Shown: positions 46,990 to 61,409 of the stretch, in pieces
Numbering within the stretch: position 1 is the first letter of the stretch
Layout: each line of letters starts with the position of its first letter
Assembly: GCA_038087875.1 (NCBI GenBank)
Contig: CM075982.1
Span: 12,648,001 to 12,712,000, forward strand
DNA length: 64,000 nucleotides
Reading direction: 5' to 3'
From: Malacoraja senta
Lineage: Eukaryota
Translations under genes and position numbers: made by a program
The notes under the pieces: model-generated
What the model was told of the DNA's origin: nothing
The model's database searches: none
What the model saw: only the letters and a program-made list of their open reading frames with translations

Positions 46990-48144
46990 ATTACAAGCTG
47001 TACATTTTTTAATTGGTCAACAGTGGATTAACTGAAGGATATAAACAGCCTTTATCAGCTGTGCATTTATTGTGCAAGAATCTCAAACATTTCTCAAGTG
47101 CATATTTCATATAAAATGCTGGGAACACTCAGCAGGACAAGCAACATCGGCAGAAAGAGAAACACAATTATTATTAAGGCTCTTGATTGTCATTATTCAG
47201 ATTTCCAATATTTGCAGTTTTCCTCATTGGTAGCGCACACATTTCACCCCTGGACTCACTGAAATCAACCATCATAAAAATATTGAAGTTATGATTGGGG
47301 ATTTGATGCATTCCCGCCATTGTTTTTGAGGAAATTACAGATGCTTTTCCTATGAAGTGCCACCACTGTCAACTCATGACTCATCCTTTTAGACAAAAAA
47401 TCTCAAATATAATACAGTGAAACTCCATTGCTGGTTGGGATTTACTTTAATTCGACGTCAATGACGTTCTTTGGTCCCATGTTGCCATTCTAATTCCCCT
47501 GCTTGACTTATTTCCTACTTTTTATATAATATGTATGTTGGATTTCATCTGTTGGATTTCATCTTCCTAAACCTTACATATGCATCTTGTTTTCATTTTG
47601 ACCAAACCTCTCTGGTCATCCAAGGTTCCCTTACCTTGCCATCCTTTTACTTCCTCCTTGCTGGAATATGTTGGTCCTGAACTCTGATCAACTGATCTTT
47701 GAACATCTCCCATGTCTGATGTGGACTTGCCCGATAACAACAGCTCCCAATTTGCTCTCCCTAGCTCCTGTCTGATAATGTTTTAATCTGCGTTATCCCA
47801 ATTTAGTACTTTCCCCCAAGGTACAGATGTATCCTTCTTCATAACGACCTTAAAAACCGGTGAGGTTCGGGAGCAAAACTTATGGAGTTTTGATCACTAC
47901 TCCCAAAATCCACTCACACTGAAAAGCCTATCACCTGGTTGGGCTCATTTCCCATTAAAGGTCCTTATGGTCCCTCCCTGATTAGACAATCCACATATTC
48001 TCCACTGGATCATCCATTAAGTCTATGTGGATGGTGCTGAGATATGAGATTTTCAGCTTGTTGGAATTGTGCTATCGGCACTCAATAGTCAATGAGAATT
48101 TGAGGAACAAATATGCCGGAAGATTACAGACAGCTGCAAGACTA

Positions 48145-48745
48145 ATATTCTCCTGAAAGTGGCATCGCAGTTAGAGTGGTGAAGAAGGCTTTTGGCATGT
48201 TGGCCATCATCAGTCAGGGAATTCAGTAAAAAAGATGCAGCATTATATTACAGTTGTACAAGAGGTTGGTGAGGCTGCATTCATAGTATTTTGAAAAAAG
48301 TGCAGAAAAGGTTTACGAGGCTGTTGCCAGGACTTGAGGCCCTGAGGTAGCGAATTAGTTTGGGCAGGCTGTTACGTTATTCCTTCGAGTGCAGGAGGCT
48401 GAGGGGTGATATTAGAGAGGTGCATAAAATCCTGAGGGGTATTGATAAGATGAAGTCTAGAACTAGAGGGCATAGGTTCAAGATGATAGGGGAAAGATTG
48501 AATCGGAAACTAAGGGGGAACATTGCACAGTGGGTTGTGGGTAAGTTGAATAAGATGCCAAAGAAGGTAGTTGAGGCAGGTACGAGAACAATATTTTCAA
48601 AGATAATTGGACATGAACATGGATGGGAAGATTTAGAGGGATATGCGCCATTTATGGGCAAGTGGGACTAGCTTAGATGGGGCATCTTGGAAGGCATGGA
48701 CAAATTGGGCCAATGGGCCTACTCCATGCTGTTTGACTCTATGAC
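48145..48745 (+). mobile_element. CR1 3' fragment
   Basis: YSFECRRLRGDIREVHKILRG..RTRGHRFK; tail gactctatgact. Confidence 0.85.
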
Positions 48746-49874
48746 TTTAAGACTAACCCAGTTGCGATTACATCTTTTCATAATCTGTTTACATTTCTGT
48801 TTATCTTATCGGTTTTGTCATGGTGGAGCATAGCGTGAGCTGAATGGGGTGGCTGTTTGTTTGTTCCTCCTTTATTCACAGCCTGATTACAAGATGTCTA
48901 TCACTGCAGAGAAATTCCTGAACGAGCCTCTTGGTTTTTGGCTGCACAATATGAGGTGTTCAGGAGCGTGAGATAAAAGAGCAGTCACTGATTGTGGTTT
49001 GCGATTGGGAAATCTTTCCAAAGCCCACATCATGCTTATCACACGGCAGATACTTGCATGCAGCAGCTGTGAAGATAATGGTGTTCACCAGTAGACATCA
49101 TGGCTTGCATACATTCTGACCCCTGTTTTCTTTATTTTTACACTTGCTCTCCTGCATTTCTTTGATTACCCAGGCTAGGTGAATGTAACAGCACCACCCA
49201 CTTCCCAAAATCCTTAGTCAACATCAACACTTTCCAGAGCTTGAGCAACACTGGAAAAAATTGCCAAAAGAAATGCTGGCCATATGATTTCTTTCCCCTC
49301 ATCTGGGGACTCTGTGTCCATTGTTCCAACCCAACTCAAGCTATTTCCAGCAAAGGGGCTGACCTGATATGCCTACAGTTGCATGTCTCTATACTCAACA
49401 TTGTGACTGCATTCATTGTAGTTAACCACAACTGTAGATTGGGAAGATACTAAGGGAGACTGATACATTTTCCTCATCCTACTACAAATAGCATGCGGCC
49501 TCCTCCAGCGAACATAGATCTTAATTACTCACCTCTAGAAAGATTCTTCAAATTTCTCCTTGAATCCTCAAATACAAATTAAGCAGAGCTCCATAGTATG
49601 CACCTAAGTTAATCGTACAGTATACAATTCTGCTATGTTTTCGATTCCATCGATCAACCCTTCTCTCTCAACCTTCAAAATGTTTTGTAATGAAAGAGGT
49701 CTACTTGTGTATTCCCTCTCCAGAGGTGGTTTCCCTGCTTTCCCATCTACAATGGTTTCAAGAATATGGGGATGGGGTCTGAGGCAGATCAGCCCATGAT
49801 TATAGTGAATGGTGGAGCAAGTTTGAAGGGATGAGTGGGCCTACATCTGTTTCCTTTTCCCTTTTAATTTATTT

Positions 49875-50086
49875 GTTTAAGAAAGAACTGCAGATGGCCA
49901 GAAAAATCGAAGGTAGACAAAAAAATGCTGGAGAAACTCAGTGGGTGAGGCAGCATCTATGGAGAGAAGGAATTGGCGACGTTTCGGGTCGAGACCCTTC
50001 TTCTTCTGAACGTCGCCAATTCCTTCTCTCCATAGATGCTGCCTCACCCGCTGAGTTTCTCCTCAGCATTTTTTTGTCTATCTTCA
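49875..50086. mobile_element. Penelope-derived fold-back element (near-perfect hairpin)
   Basis: About 49907-49983 pairs with about 50009-50085; hammerhead remnant in the loop. Confidence 0.85.
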
Positions 50087-50087
50087 C

Positions 50088-50250
50088 TTTTAGTTTAGTT
50101 TAGTTTAGAGATGCAGCGTGGAAACAGGTCCTTCAGCCCACCAAGTCCGCGCTGACCAGCTATCCCCACACATTAACAACTACCCTACACACACTAGGGA
50201 CAATTGTTTTTGGAATGTAGGAGGAAATCGAAGATCTCGGAGAAAACCCA
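50088..50250 (-). mobile_element. HE1/V-SINE-like SINE, partial
   Basis: Tail and V-domain-like core. Confidence 0.75.
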
Positions 50251-51629
50251 CATTGTTATTTTCCGAGACAGAGCTTAGCTACCCCCTATTCAAGGGCAAT
50301 TAGCGGTGGGGAATAAATGCTAGCCTTAGCAGTGATGCCTAGATCTTGAAACTGAAAAAAAGATTTCTTGATATCCTCATATCACTCCACTGATTATCTT
50401 GATTGTTATTCAATGGGACCCAGAATCTAGTAGGTGTAGCTTTGTAAACCCCTTCCCCAAAACCAAAATAGATTATCACATCCCAGATATGCAAAGAGTC
50501 AGCAGTTTCCTGAAGACTCATTACCACAGGGGTCCAATCTAGAGACAATATTGTTCAGGAGTAGTTGCTTGTCACTATGTTGAGGAGACAAGGTGAAAAA
50601 CGAAGGTAAACAGCAGAGATGGACTAAGAAGATGAAGGAAATGAAGAATGTGAACTGACCCATGTTTAGGTTACAATGGTACTGGGATTGTTAGAGGGAG
50701 GGAAAATCGTTGCCAAGAAGTTTACAGAGGAAACCTGCCCTGGTTTCTTTGTGTGATTCAACAAGACCACTGATGGCACCCACAAAATAAAAGAAGGAAA
50801 AGCTGCCCCAGGATCCCGAGTTAGAGCTCGAGTGTTGATTACACTACCTGTCTTCTGCAGACTGGAAGAAATAGCAGAAAGACGCCAGAACTCTCTTGGC
50901 AGTAAAAAGACCGAGAGGCTCCAATTCAGATGCATTGTCAGGATAACGCAGAAGGAGCTCTGTACTGCGTCCAACAAATGCAACATCACATCTGATGGAA
51001 AATGTGACAGCTCTCTCTGGCAATTGTTAAGATCATTTTCCTTTGTTACATCTTTAATTATCTTCTGTGATCTTTTTCGCATGAAATGTGTACAGCAATG
51101 GTTTTCTAAATGAGGTTGTCACAGTGATCCACTGTTCCTGACATGCCAGGTGCCAGGTTATGTACTGTGCCACTCGGGAAGGCAGGGGGAAATGAATATT
51201 TTTCATGGTGCGGCTACAATATGGAATTACCTGCCACAGCCATGGTTGAAGTAGAGTCCATTCATAAACCTATACTAGATAAATAATCAAGAATAAGTTC
51301 TGACAAAGGATCTTCAATAACTGTTTCTCTTTCCACAAGCAACCTGATTTGCAGTGGATTTCCAGTATTTTCCGAGAGTAAAAGGACATATGATTGTGTG
51401 TGTGTTTAATATGTGCGTGTGTATATGTGTGAGAGATAGAGTTGAAAAATATTCATTTTTCCGGATCGGGGTATTGCCCCATCCTTAATTGATCTTAAAG
51501 AAGGTGGTGGTAATCTGCCTTCTTGAATCACTATAGCTCCTCTGATGAAGCTAGTAATCACACAGTACTGTTCAGTAGGAACATGGAGAAAATCGATATC
51601 CACTACCTATTTGATCCATTAAACCAAAC

Positions 51630-52075
51630 AGGAGGTTTTGACGGTTTCAAAAGTGGATTAATGAGGATAAATTCCCAGAGCCCGACCCAAGTATATCCTC
51701 TGACCTTGTGGGAAACTGGGGAAGAAATTGCAGAAACCCTTGCTGAGATATTTGCTTCATCTTTAGCCACAGATAAAGTTCTGGAAGACTGGAGTCGGTG
51801 GTCGGAAAGTTGTTGGTGAGGATTCTGAGGGACAGGATCTACCAGCATTTGGATAGGCAAGCACTGATTAAGGATAGTTAGCAGGTCTTTGTGCGTGGGG
51901 AGATCAAGTATCATGAATCTGACGGAGTTTTTTGAAGAGATCACCGGAGGATTGATGAGGGCAGGGCAGGGCAGTGGACGTTATTTCTATGGATCTTAGC
52001 AAAGCCTTTGACAAGGTCCTGCAAGGTACATAGTATGGATCACATGGAATCCAAGGTGAGCTAACCAATTTGATT
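51630..52075 (+). mobile_element. CR1 RT fragment
   Basis: YPLTLWETGEEIAETLAEIFASSLAT..EDW; MDLSKAFDKV. Confidence 0.8.
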
Positions 52076-52077
52076 CT

Positions 52078-52400
52078 AAGGTAGACAAAAAATGCTGGAG
52101 AAACTCAGCGGGTGAGGCAGCATCTATGGAGTGAAGGAAATAGGCAACGTTTCGGGCCGAAACCCTTCTTCCGACTGAATTGGCTTGGAGGAAGGAGTCA
52201 AAGGGTAGCTGTGGAGGGTTATATTTCCCTCCAATAGGTCAGAGTGGGAGATTGGTGGTATTAAAGACACAGGTAACGGGAAAGTCAGGATCACCCCTGC
52301 AGACTGAACACAAGTGTTCTGCAAAGCAATCATTCAATCTGCGTTTGGTTCTCTGCACTATAGATGAGACCACATTGTTGGTACGGAATGCAATTAGAAA
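52078..52400 (-). mobile_element. Penelope-derived fragment(s)
   Basis: gtagacaaaaaatgctggagaaactcagc..gtttcgggccgaaacccttcttccgactga, followed by what appears to be older PLE body sequence. Confidence 0.65.
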
Positions 52401-53455
52401 AGATTAAAGCTTTTCTCAGTCGAGTCCTTACAGGCCGAAAGGTTGCAGAAAAGAACCACCGTCATACACGGGTGATTGATATTACATTGGCAGTTTTACA
52501 CAAAGCGTCCACAAGAAAGCAGGAAATGGAAATAATTCACCGTTGTATAGCCAGGATGTTTATCTGAGGTTGGGATGAGACACATAAACAACATGGAACA
52601 ATCGTTGTTTATCACTGAATTTAACACACACTGCACCTGGCTAGAGTGTGGTTAAATGGGTGAGGGTGAGGTAGAGGAAACTATAATCTGCTTTGAAACC
52701 ATATCACACTGATCTAGTCCAGATAATACCATGAGGTCTTAAATCTGCACCAAACCTGTCGTGTACCAGACCCTGAATTACATGATGGCACAGAATCTAA
52801 CGTTTCCTTTGCATCCAATCCCTGGGCCATTAAGGCAACAATAAAATAATGTATTTCAAGACCAGAAATGGTAATCATTTTTTGAACATGAAAGATGCAT
52901 ACAATGAATTAGAATGAGCCCAATGAAGTCAGATTCCCTACCCCACCCTGGTTATTAATTGTTTCCCAGTAGTCCTGCCTCTTGCTGAAACTGCCACTAT
53001 GGCTAAGTCAAGTGGTAGCATTCTTACCTGTGTCAGAGGTTTGTGGGTTCAAGTCCTGTGATCTAAGTTCATTACTGAGGCTGAAACATTCCTGAAACAA
53101 GGTGTTAAACCAACGTGTTGTTTGCATGCCGGGTTAAATGTAAAACAACCCTTATAGCAGAGAAATAGATTAACTGATCATTTGCCCCATTTGCTAATTG
53201 GGGCCACACTGCATTATCCAAAAGAGGGGGGTGCAGCTTCAAAGGAAAGCATTTCACCATCTGCATGATGATATTACAGGTCCTGCCCAGGTTACTAACT
53301 CCTGAGTTATGTGCATCCGAGGCATATGATGAGCATTTGAGTGATCGGAGGCATTAATTTGCCTTCTGCTGTGGGGTTGTAGGCATCTTCCACTGTGTGG
53401 GAACTCAGTTTAGGACAATATATGAATGGTTGATTTAAACACCCTGGTTTAAATG

Positions 53456-53667
53456 CCTGAAAGGTCACAAAGTGTTAGAGTAACTCAGCAGATCAGACAG
53501 CATCTCTGCAGATCATGGATGGATGATGTATCGGGTCGAGACCCTTCTTCTTCAGCCTCAACCCAGAACGCCTCCTGTTTATGTTCTCCAGAGATGCTGC
53601 CTGACCTGCTGAGTTACTCCAGCACTTTGTGTCCTTTTGTGTATTAACCAACATCTGTAGCTCCTTG
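53456..53667. mobile_element. Penelope-derived fold-back element with 12-bp TSD
   Basis: TSD ctggtttaaatg at 53444-53455 and 53668-53679. Confidence 0.8.
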
Positions 53668-54174
53668 CTGGTTTAAATGGCTGTTGCCCGAAGTTTTTAT
53701 TTAAATATATCACTGGGGTCACATTTCCAACTTGTGGACTGTTTGGGGGTACAAACAGTTCTCAGGAACGGAACCCTGCCAAAACCTGGGATGGACCTGT
53801 ATTTGGTGCAGGTGGATTTTGTATTTTAAGAACCAGTGTTTCATGAGTTTATGCTATTAATATGCAGATGGAGCATAGTGCATATTATTCACAACAAGAT
53901 TTGCCTTGGTCACCGAGGTCACACGAATGGATGTTTAGTTTATATTTGACTGTTCCCTCCCCTTTCTTGACATATCAGGGGATGCCATGAATGGTAACAT
54001 TGCCTACAAGGATTGTTGAATGAAGTGAAGCCTAAAAGGTTGATCTGATAAAAAATTGGTGCTATAAATTTTTAATGATCTTAGCCATAGACTGATGTGG
54101 ATAGGTGATGGTTAGTGTTGATTGCTTAAACCACAGCGTATAAAGAATCTCTACTTTGGCTATATAGCGCAGCA

Positions 54175-54410
54175 CTTTGGTGCAGCGGTAGAGTTGCTGC
54201 CTTACAGCGCCAGAGACCCGGTTTCAATCCTGAAGATGGGTGCTGTCTGTATGGCGTTTTCCCTGTGTCCGTGTGGGTTTTCTCCGGCTGGTCCGGTTTC
54301 CTCTCAACACTCCAAAGGCTTACAGGTTTGTAGACTAATTGGCTTCTGTAATTGGCTTCAACGTGGATTTGGTGGGCCGAAGGGCCTGTTTCCACGCTGT
54401 ATCTCTAAAG
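54175..54410 (+). mobile_element. HE1/V-SINE-like SINE
   Basis: tRNA-like head and CR1-type tail. Confidence 0.8.
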
Positions 54411-55108
54411 TCTATTGATGAAGCTGGTCTTGGTAGGCTATTGCTCCCATCTCACTGACCAGAAACATAGTACAATGTCTGTGTCAACTATGATGGCAAT
54501 TTAAACTGCTCATCTGCCTCAATTCCCTATGTGTTCTTGTGTCAGTCTAAATGCATCTTAAACATTACTATAGTATCTGCATTCATCAGTTCCCCTGGCA
54601 TTGTGATCCAGGCACCTACCACAATATTGTTCAGAGTCATTCATCGGAACAAAGTCATTACGGGGGGGGTGTTAGTCCATGGAAGCAATCACGCCCATCC
54701 TCGTGCTGTGAGTAACCCCATCCTGTTCCAGGCTGCTGTAGTGGCCAGAGAGGAGAGATGGTTGAAAAAGAGAACAGTCTGAGTTCTTTCCTTGAGTTTA
54801 ACTTAGTGACATTTAAATGTTTGTGATCTTGAAATGGACATTCTTTTGTAACTGTGAATATTACAGATACAGGAACCTTTGCTACACTTCTCATGAAGCG
54901 CCCAACAGATTAATTGCAATTCCTGAAAATCAACATGTTTCACATATTCTGATGTGCTTGTTCCGAACAATTTGAGAAATCTTAGTGGTTCTCCAGGATA
55001 ATGACAACTGTTCTCTTCATCATCAAGCACTTTGTTGTTGGAGCTGTTGCACTGCCCCTCAGACCTGTGTGAACTGCAAGAGTGTTTGTCAATAATATTA
55101 GCAAATTG

Positions 55109-55244
55109 TCTGTCTGAAGGAGTATCTTGACCATACATGGTTCCTATACACATTCTTCAGAGATGCTGCCTGACCTGGTGAGTTACCCCAGGAGTTTGTG
55201 TCCTTTCTTGTATAAACCAGCATCTGCAATTCCTTGTTTCTACG
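55109..55244 (+). mobile_element. Penelope-derived short element with 13-bp TSD
   Basis: TSD tattagcaaattg at 55096-55108 and 55245-55257. Confidence 0.75.
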
Positions 55245-57275
55245 TATTAGCAAATTGGCTGGGATTGAAGATCCATCCATTTTACTTTATTCACCTCATT
55301 GATAAATTATTGCACAAAGGTGTACTTTGGGAAATAGCAATCTGATGGCCAATTCTCCTGATAACGTGATCAGGAGCTGAATAAATCAAAACTCGTTCCT
55401 ATAGATTATAGTAGTAGATAATGGGAGATAGAGAGTGTGGGTCTCCGCATATTGCAATGTATCGCAAGACTTTAGCAAGCTGTGAAAGGTCATTAAAATT
55501 GACATTTTTCCTGACAATTATGGGTCTTGAATGCAGCATTTTTGATATCTTCAATAGTCAGTGTTTATGAGTTTTCCACATTAGATAACGTATTCCAAAT
55601 AGGCACAGTTTATGCTCTGTGAATGCATGACCAGTGTACCAAGAAATGTTGTGTTTGGACCAGTTTCCTTTGATTCCTGGAAACGACCTGTTTGCATAAA
55701 CTGCCTCAGACTATTTAATCAGCCATTTTGTGACTGGCTCAAAATTCAAGACAATATAGTCCATTTTGTGGAAGGAACATGCTGCTTTCTCTACCCCCAG
55801 AAGGCACTGGCTCTTGCTGAGTTGTCTCTCTCACCTTGTCTCACTGCCCATCATTCATGTGTGGACATGGGCACAGGCTGTTGGCAGGCTACACTACCAT
55901 TGGCACTGCATCACAAATCTGTCCTAACCTGACCTTCTGCTACTAAGAGGTCAAGAGCTGGGCTAATTTGATTCCACCACATTTCACTTAATTATTTTCT
56001 TCCGAGCTGTCAACATGTCAAGCTCTTTAAAAAGTAAATAAATCATCGCGACTCACTACCTCCACACGTTAGTTCAGGTTTTGGCTTGCAATCCATTCAG
56101 TTAGTATAAAACACCATTGTCCTCTTGATTGTGTGTTAACTGACTGCTTGTGGATCGGTTGAACCATTTGAAGACTGCACCAGTTCGATAAAATTAGCAG
56201 CTTAGCAACCTGGAGCTGAACCAAAGACTTTTTACACACATCACCTTCAACTTGGGGAAATAAGGTGATGGTAGCCAAGGGGCAACAAAACATGCGTTAC
56301 TTTCTGAAGTATAACTTGTTGAGAAGTTTAATTACAACAGCAGGGCCAAAGGGTACAGTGCCCCTGACCCTTGTGCCTGGAGGGCCCTGTAAGTCTACAC
56401 AGAGTAGAAAGCTCAGACAGTCTCTTGCTCTGTTTAACCTATTTTGTCCTCGCTAAAGTTCTATCCTGCATGACTTGCCCTGAAAGATTTACCTTCCATG
56501 GGTTTGTATGCTAGGCTGGGAGTGAGCAGCTCTGTTAAGAAATCTAATTTTTCTTACCCAGTTATCAGCGAAGCAACTTGTAAATTACATCTGACATATT
56601 TTCCACTCTTCCCCTTCCATGTTCTTTTACAATATAAAACACTTTTGTTTTGCCGAACAACTATTTTTAGCCAGCTAGGTTTGATGTTAACCATCCACTT
56701 CCAGTGTAGGTATTAAATTTACAGTCTCTATTATTCAAAGCATTCCTTTTTTATTTGATGGTTTTCCCTTCTCGTGTATTTTTCTAATATATTTGCACTG
56801 TTTTAACTCCCATGGTTTTAAAACAAGCTTTTCTGAAAGCTGCTCTGTTCCTTGTGTTCTCTTTATTAACGCAGTTCGGTTCTGGAGTTTCTCTAAGGTT
56901 TCGTTACCACAGGATGACCTCAACTGGTAATCACTGTGCGAATCTCCACAAAATGATCCTACCACTGACAGGACTAAGCATGCAGTGGTGATAACATTTC
57001 AGCACTGCAATTTCCTGAGATAAATGAAACACCAAAGCCATATTCACACAAAGTTAGGTTGCTGGTTTTAGACTGCATTATTTTGCCAAACTAAACACAG
57101 TCGACCTGCAATAGTATATAGTTCACTTCCACTGGTTGAGGTGTTTAGAGCAAGGGGTCACAGTCACAAGATAAAGGACTGCCATTCAGGACAGAGGTGA
57201 GGGTAAGGTTTTACCCAGATGGTGGTGAAGTTCGGAATTGTCTAGTAAAAGCCGGTAAGGAGGATTAGTTACTTT

Positions 57276-57577
57276 TTAGTTTAGTTTAGATACAGCGTGG
57301 AAACAGTCCCTTCAGCCCACCGAGTCCACGCCAACCAGCGACTATCCGACACCCACCAGAGACAATTTTTACATTTACCAAGCCATTTAACCTACAAACC
57401 TGTATGTCTTTGGAGTGTGGGAGGAAACCGAAGATCTCGGAGAAAACCCACGCACGTCACGGGGAGAACGTACAAACTCCGTACAGACAACACCCGGGGT
57501 CGGGATCGAACCTGGGTCTCTGGAACTGCAAGAGCTGTAAGGCGGCAATTCTATCGCTGTGCCACCGTGACCACCCA
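57276..57577 (-). mobile_element. HE1/V-SINE-like SINE
   Basis: Family match. Confidence 0.85.
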
Positions 57578-57634
57578 AATTCAGGACTGAAAACAAAGAG
57601 ATTTTTAGTACAAGGGTAATGAAGTGGTGTGGGA

Positions 57635-58065
57635 CTAGTCATAGAGCTTGGAAATAGGCCCTTCGGCCCGACTTGCCCACACGAGTCAACATGTTCCATC
57701 TACAAGAGTCCCACATGCCTGCGTTTGGCTCATATCCCTCCAAACCTGTCCTATCCATGTATCTAGAAGGGTCTCGACCCGAAACGTCACCCATTCCTTC
57801 TCTCCAGAGATGCTGCCTGTTCCACTGAGTTACTCCAGCATTTTGTGTCTAGCTTCGATTTAAACCAGCATCAGCAGTTCTTTCCTCCACACTGTATCTT
57901 ATTTGTTTCTTAAACGTTGCAATAGCCGCTGCCTCAGCTACCTCCTCTGGCAACCCACCACCCATTGTGTGAAAAAGTTACCCCTCAGATTTCTGAAGTT
58001 ACCCCTCAGATTCCTCTTAAAACTTTTCCCCTTTACCTTAAACCTACAGTATGTCCTCTGGTCCT
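57635..58065 (-). mobile_element. CR1 3' end carrying a Penelope-derived insert at 57764-57892
   Basis: CR1 tail; the insert begins agaagggtctcgacccgaaacgtcacc and is flanked by tgtatct repeats. Confidence 0.75.
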
Positions 58066-58924
58066 CGAGGACATGCAAGAATATGACACTAAATGGGGGA
58101 GCAGGCACAAGGGGGCAAAGAACCTACTCTTTCCATTCTTCTAGTTATTACCTTAACTCTGAAATACTTCCCAGCGCAAGAATGGATTTAAATGCAAGGA
58201 CTTTCGCTCATCCCTACCTTCCAGATGGATTCGGTCATCCAACCCTTTATTTAACCTTTACGGCCGACCTTGCTACTTTTCAACAAACTGTCTCCTAATC
58301 TGCAGCTTCATTGTCTTTCCTCCCCTCTGCGCGCTCACTACATCCTCTGCTGTGTGACCTCCTTTAGGTCAGTTAAGGCTCCTTCTGCTTGGCATGTCTA
58401 CAACCAGGGGTCTGAATCTCAAAGTAATGGGACATTACTCATGACTGATATGAGAAAAAATCGTTGCCCAGAACTTCTGGGCCAGAAGGTGGTGAATCGT
58501 TGGAGTTCTTTTCCCATCTAGGCTCATTCGTTCTTAAACCATTCCTCTGGAGGACTCACTCACCTTATGTTTATTATGACTTTTTAGCACAACTCCTTGC
58601 AGCCAAAAGCTGCTTTTTTGAAGGTTAATTTGCAAAAAAGGCATTTAATCGAAATGGCACAAAGTGCTGGAGTAACTCAACGGGCCAGACAACATTTCTG
58701 GGGAACATTGATAGGCGACTTTTTGGGTCCCTTCTTCAGACGGTCATTTAATTGGTTGGTCGAGCAACTTTATAGAGCACCTGAACCAGAGAAGAGGTTT
58801 CAAGGAGATAGAATAATTCTGATGTATCTACATCAGCCCAGGTGCAACGGTTTCAACAACATGCATCATTTGTGCATGCCCAAGTCATTTATTAATAGAA
58901 TCTGTGCATTTTCCAACTGTTCCA

Positions 58925-59056
58925 AAGATACACACAAAAAGCTGGAGTAACTCAGTGGGACAGGCAGCATCACTGGAGAGAAGGAATGGGTGACGTTTCA
59001 GGTCTTCTTCAGTCTTTCTTCGGTTTAAACCAGCATCTGCAGTTCCTTCTTACACA
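58925..59056. mobile_element. Penelope-derived fold-back element with 14-bp TSD
   Basis: TSD ttccaactgttcca at 58911-58924 and 59057-59070. Confidence 0.8.
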
Positions 59057-59499
59057 TTCCAACTGTTCCACATTGATACAGGAAGAGGGTCTAAATTAAA
59101 AATATTTACTGCATACGTAATATAAAGTTGCGTCAAACTACTTAAATTAACCAAAGTGCGGGTTTTTATGAAGAATGCCCTGGGCTTCCCGGCAAGTATG
59201 CTTTCTTTGATGTGAAGGTGCAGACGGAGGGTATGCAGGATGCAGCCAGTGGGTTTATCAAGCTTACTTTGGCTAATGCACAAAGGCCTTCAAAAATTAA
59301 AGGCAACTAATGAAAACAACATAAGTGGGGAGAGTAAACTGAGAAAGAATATTTAAAATAACATCAGGGTAGGCAGCTTGGGTGTTCCTGCTATTTTTAA
59401 CATCCAGTATCTGAATTGTCCTCACATTCAGCTCCCACGAGAAGGCTGAAAGTAATTAAACATTGTTGATGGACTAATAGGTTTATTCTGAAATATTAC

Positions 59500-60090
59500 A
59501 TAGAGCCAGTCGTGAAGCAAGGAAACAGGCCATTTGGCCCACTATTGAAATGCCAACCAGTGAACACACATCCGCATTAATCCAATCATCCAGGACTTAT
59601 CCAGTCAGTCTATAATGCCCAGGTGATTCAAGTGTTTGTCACAACACTTCTTCAATGTTGGCAGTGACTGCTTCCACCACTCTTTTGGTCGTCTTCCAGG
59701 TACTCATCCTTTTCTGGGTGAAAAAAGCCCTCCTGAGATCCCCTTGAAACCTCTGACCCCTTACCCTAGACCTATTGCATGTCTTCTAGTTTTATCTACC
59801 TATGGTATAGGGAAGAATTTCCTGCATTCTGCCCTATCTATACTGCTCATAATTTTATATACCTCAGTCATTTTACTTCTTAACCTTCTCTCTCCAGGAA
59901 AAAAACCAGACATAGCCTCTCCAGTATCTCCTCATAAGTGAAGCATTTCATCCCAGGCAAAATCCTGGTGAATCTCCTCCCTTGCCATAGTGTGCTGACA
60001 AGAGCTGAATGAAGTACCTGAGCTGAGGTCTGACCAATGTTTTATAAAGTTGGAGTATAACCTTCTTGCTCTTGTGATTAATGCAATCAC
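59500..60090 (-). mobile_element. Old CR1 3' fragment
   Basis: KSKKVILQLYKTLVRPQLRY. Confidence 0.7.
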
Positions 60091-60229
60091 AAACGGTTGA
60101 ACCAGGTTCAGTGTTGGAATGTAGGAAACAGAGCAACCAATTCATGCTCATAGTGCCATGTAAGAGCAGTGTCAACCGACCATGGGCTTTGGGGAGGTAG
60201 GACATTTATGTATAATGAATTATATGCAG

Positions 60230-61390
60230 AGAATCATAAAGTTAAACAGCACAGAAAATGTGTCCTTCTCACCAACTCATCCATGCCGACCAATTTGTCT
60301 ACTTGAGCTAGTTCGATTTGCCAGCATTTGACCCATAACCATCTGAACCTTTCCTACCCATGTACCTGCCCAAATGTCTTTCAAATACTGTAATTGTACC
60401 CACTTTTACCACTTCCTCAGCAGCTCACTCTATATACATACTACCCTCTGTGTGAAAAGTTGTTCCTCAGGTCCTCTTTGGATCTTTACCCTAAATCTAC
60501 GTCCTTTGGTTTTACCCAGGGAAAAACACTGTGAACATTCATCTTATCTATGCCCCTCATTATTTTATATACCACTAAAAGGAGCCTCCCACGTTCCAGG
60601 GGGGGAAAAAAAGTACCAGCCAATGCAATCTCTTTATATAACTCAAGCCATCCAGTCTCAGTACCATCTTTGTGAATCTCTTCTGCACCATTTCCATCTT
60701 AATGACATCCTTCCTATAGCTGGATGACCAGAACTGCACACAATACTTCAACCATGTCTCGTACAGTTGTAACATGACATCCCAAGACTTGTGCTCAAAG
60801 CCCTGACCAACCAAGGCAAGTACGCCAAATGCTTTCTTTACCATCCTGTCTACCTGTGTTGTAACTTTGAGGAAAATATGTACCACAACCCCAAAGTATT
60901 TCTGTACTACAATACCCTCCAGAGCCCTACTGTTTACTGATACATCCTGCCCTGGTTTAACGTACCAAAATGCATCATTCTGTACTTACCCAAGTTAAAT
61001 TCTATCTGCTATTTTCTTGGCCCTCTTTCCAAATCGATCTAATCCTGTTGTAATCTTAAGAGAACCTTCTTTAGTATCCACAATTTTGGTGTTATCCACA
61101 AATGTACTCAGCACGATAACTATATTTTCATCCAGATCATTAACATAGATGAGGAACAAGAGTGAAGCCAGCTCTAATATCTGTGGCACTTTCTAATCAC
61201 AGGCCTCCAACCTGAAAACAAATCCTTTACTACCACTCTCTGACTACTTCCACCAAGCCAATTTTGCATCCAATTGCCAAGCTCACTCTGCATCCCATGT
61301 GAACTAATGTAGGTAATCTACATGGGATTTTGTCAAAGGCTTTGCTAAAGTCCATATAGACTACGTCCAGCAACCTGCATCTGTCAATCC
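60230..61390 (-). mobile_element. CR1 fragment
   Basis: LFLIYVNDLDEN..FVDNTKI; QVDRMVKKAFG..YCVQFWSSSYRKDVIKMEMVQKRFTKM. Confidence 0.85.
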
Positions 61391-61409
61391 TAAATTTAAT
61401 TAAATAAAA

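Noticed and set aside
46768-47031. ORF spanning the N run
   Set aside because: Artefact of the assembly gap
50666-51113. Overlapping 138-aa and 93-aa ORFs
   Set aside because: No recognisable domain or convincing splice-site pair; length compatible with chance in 64 kb
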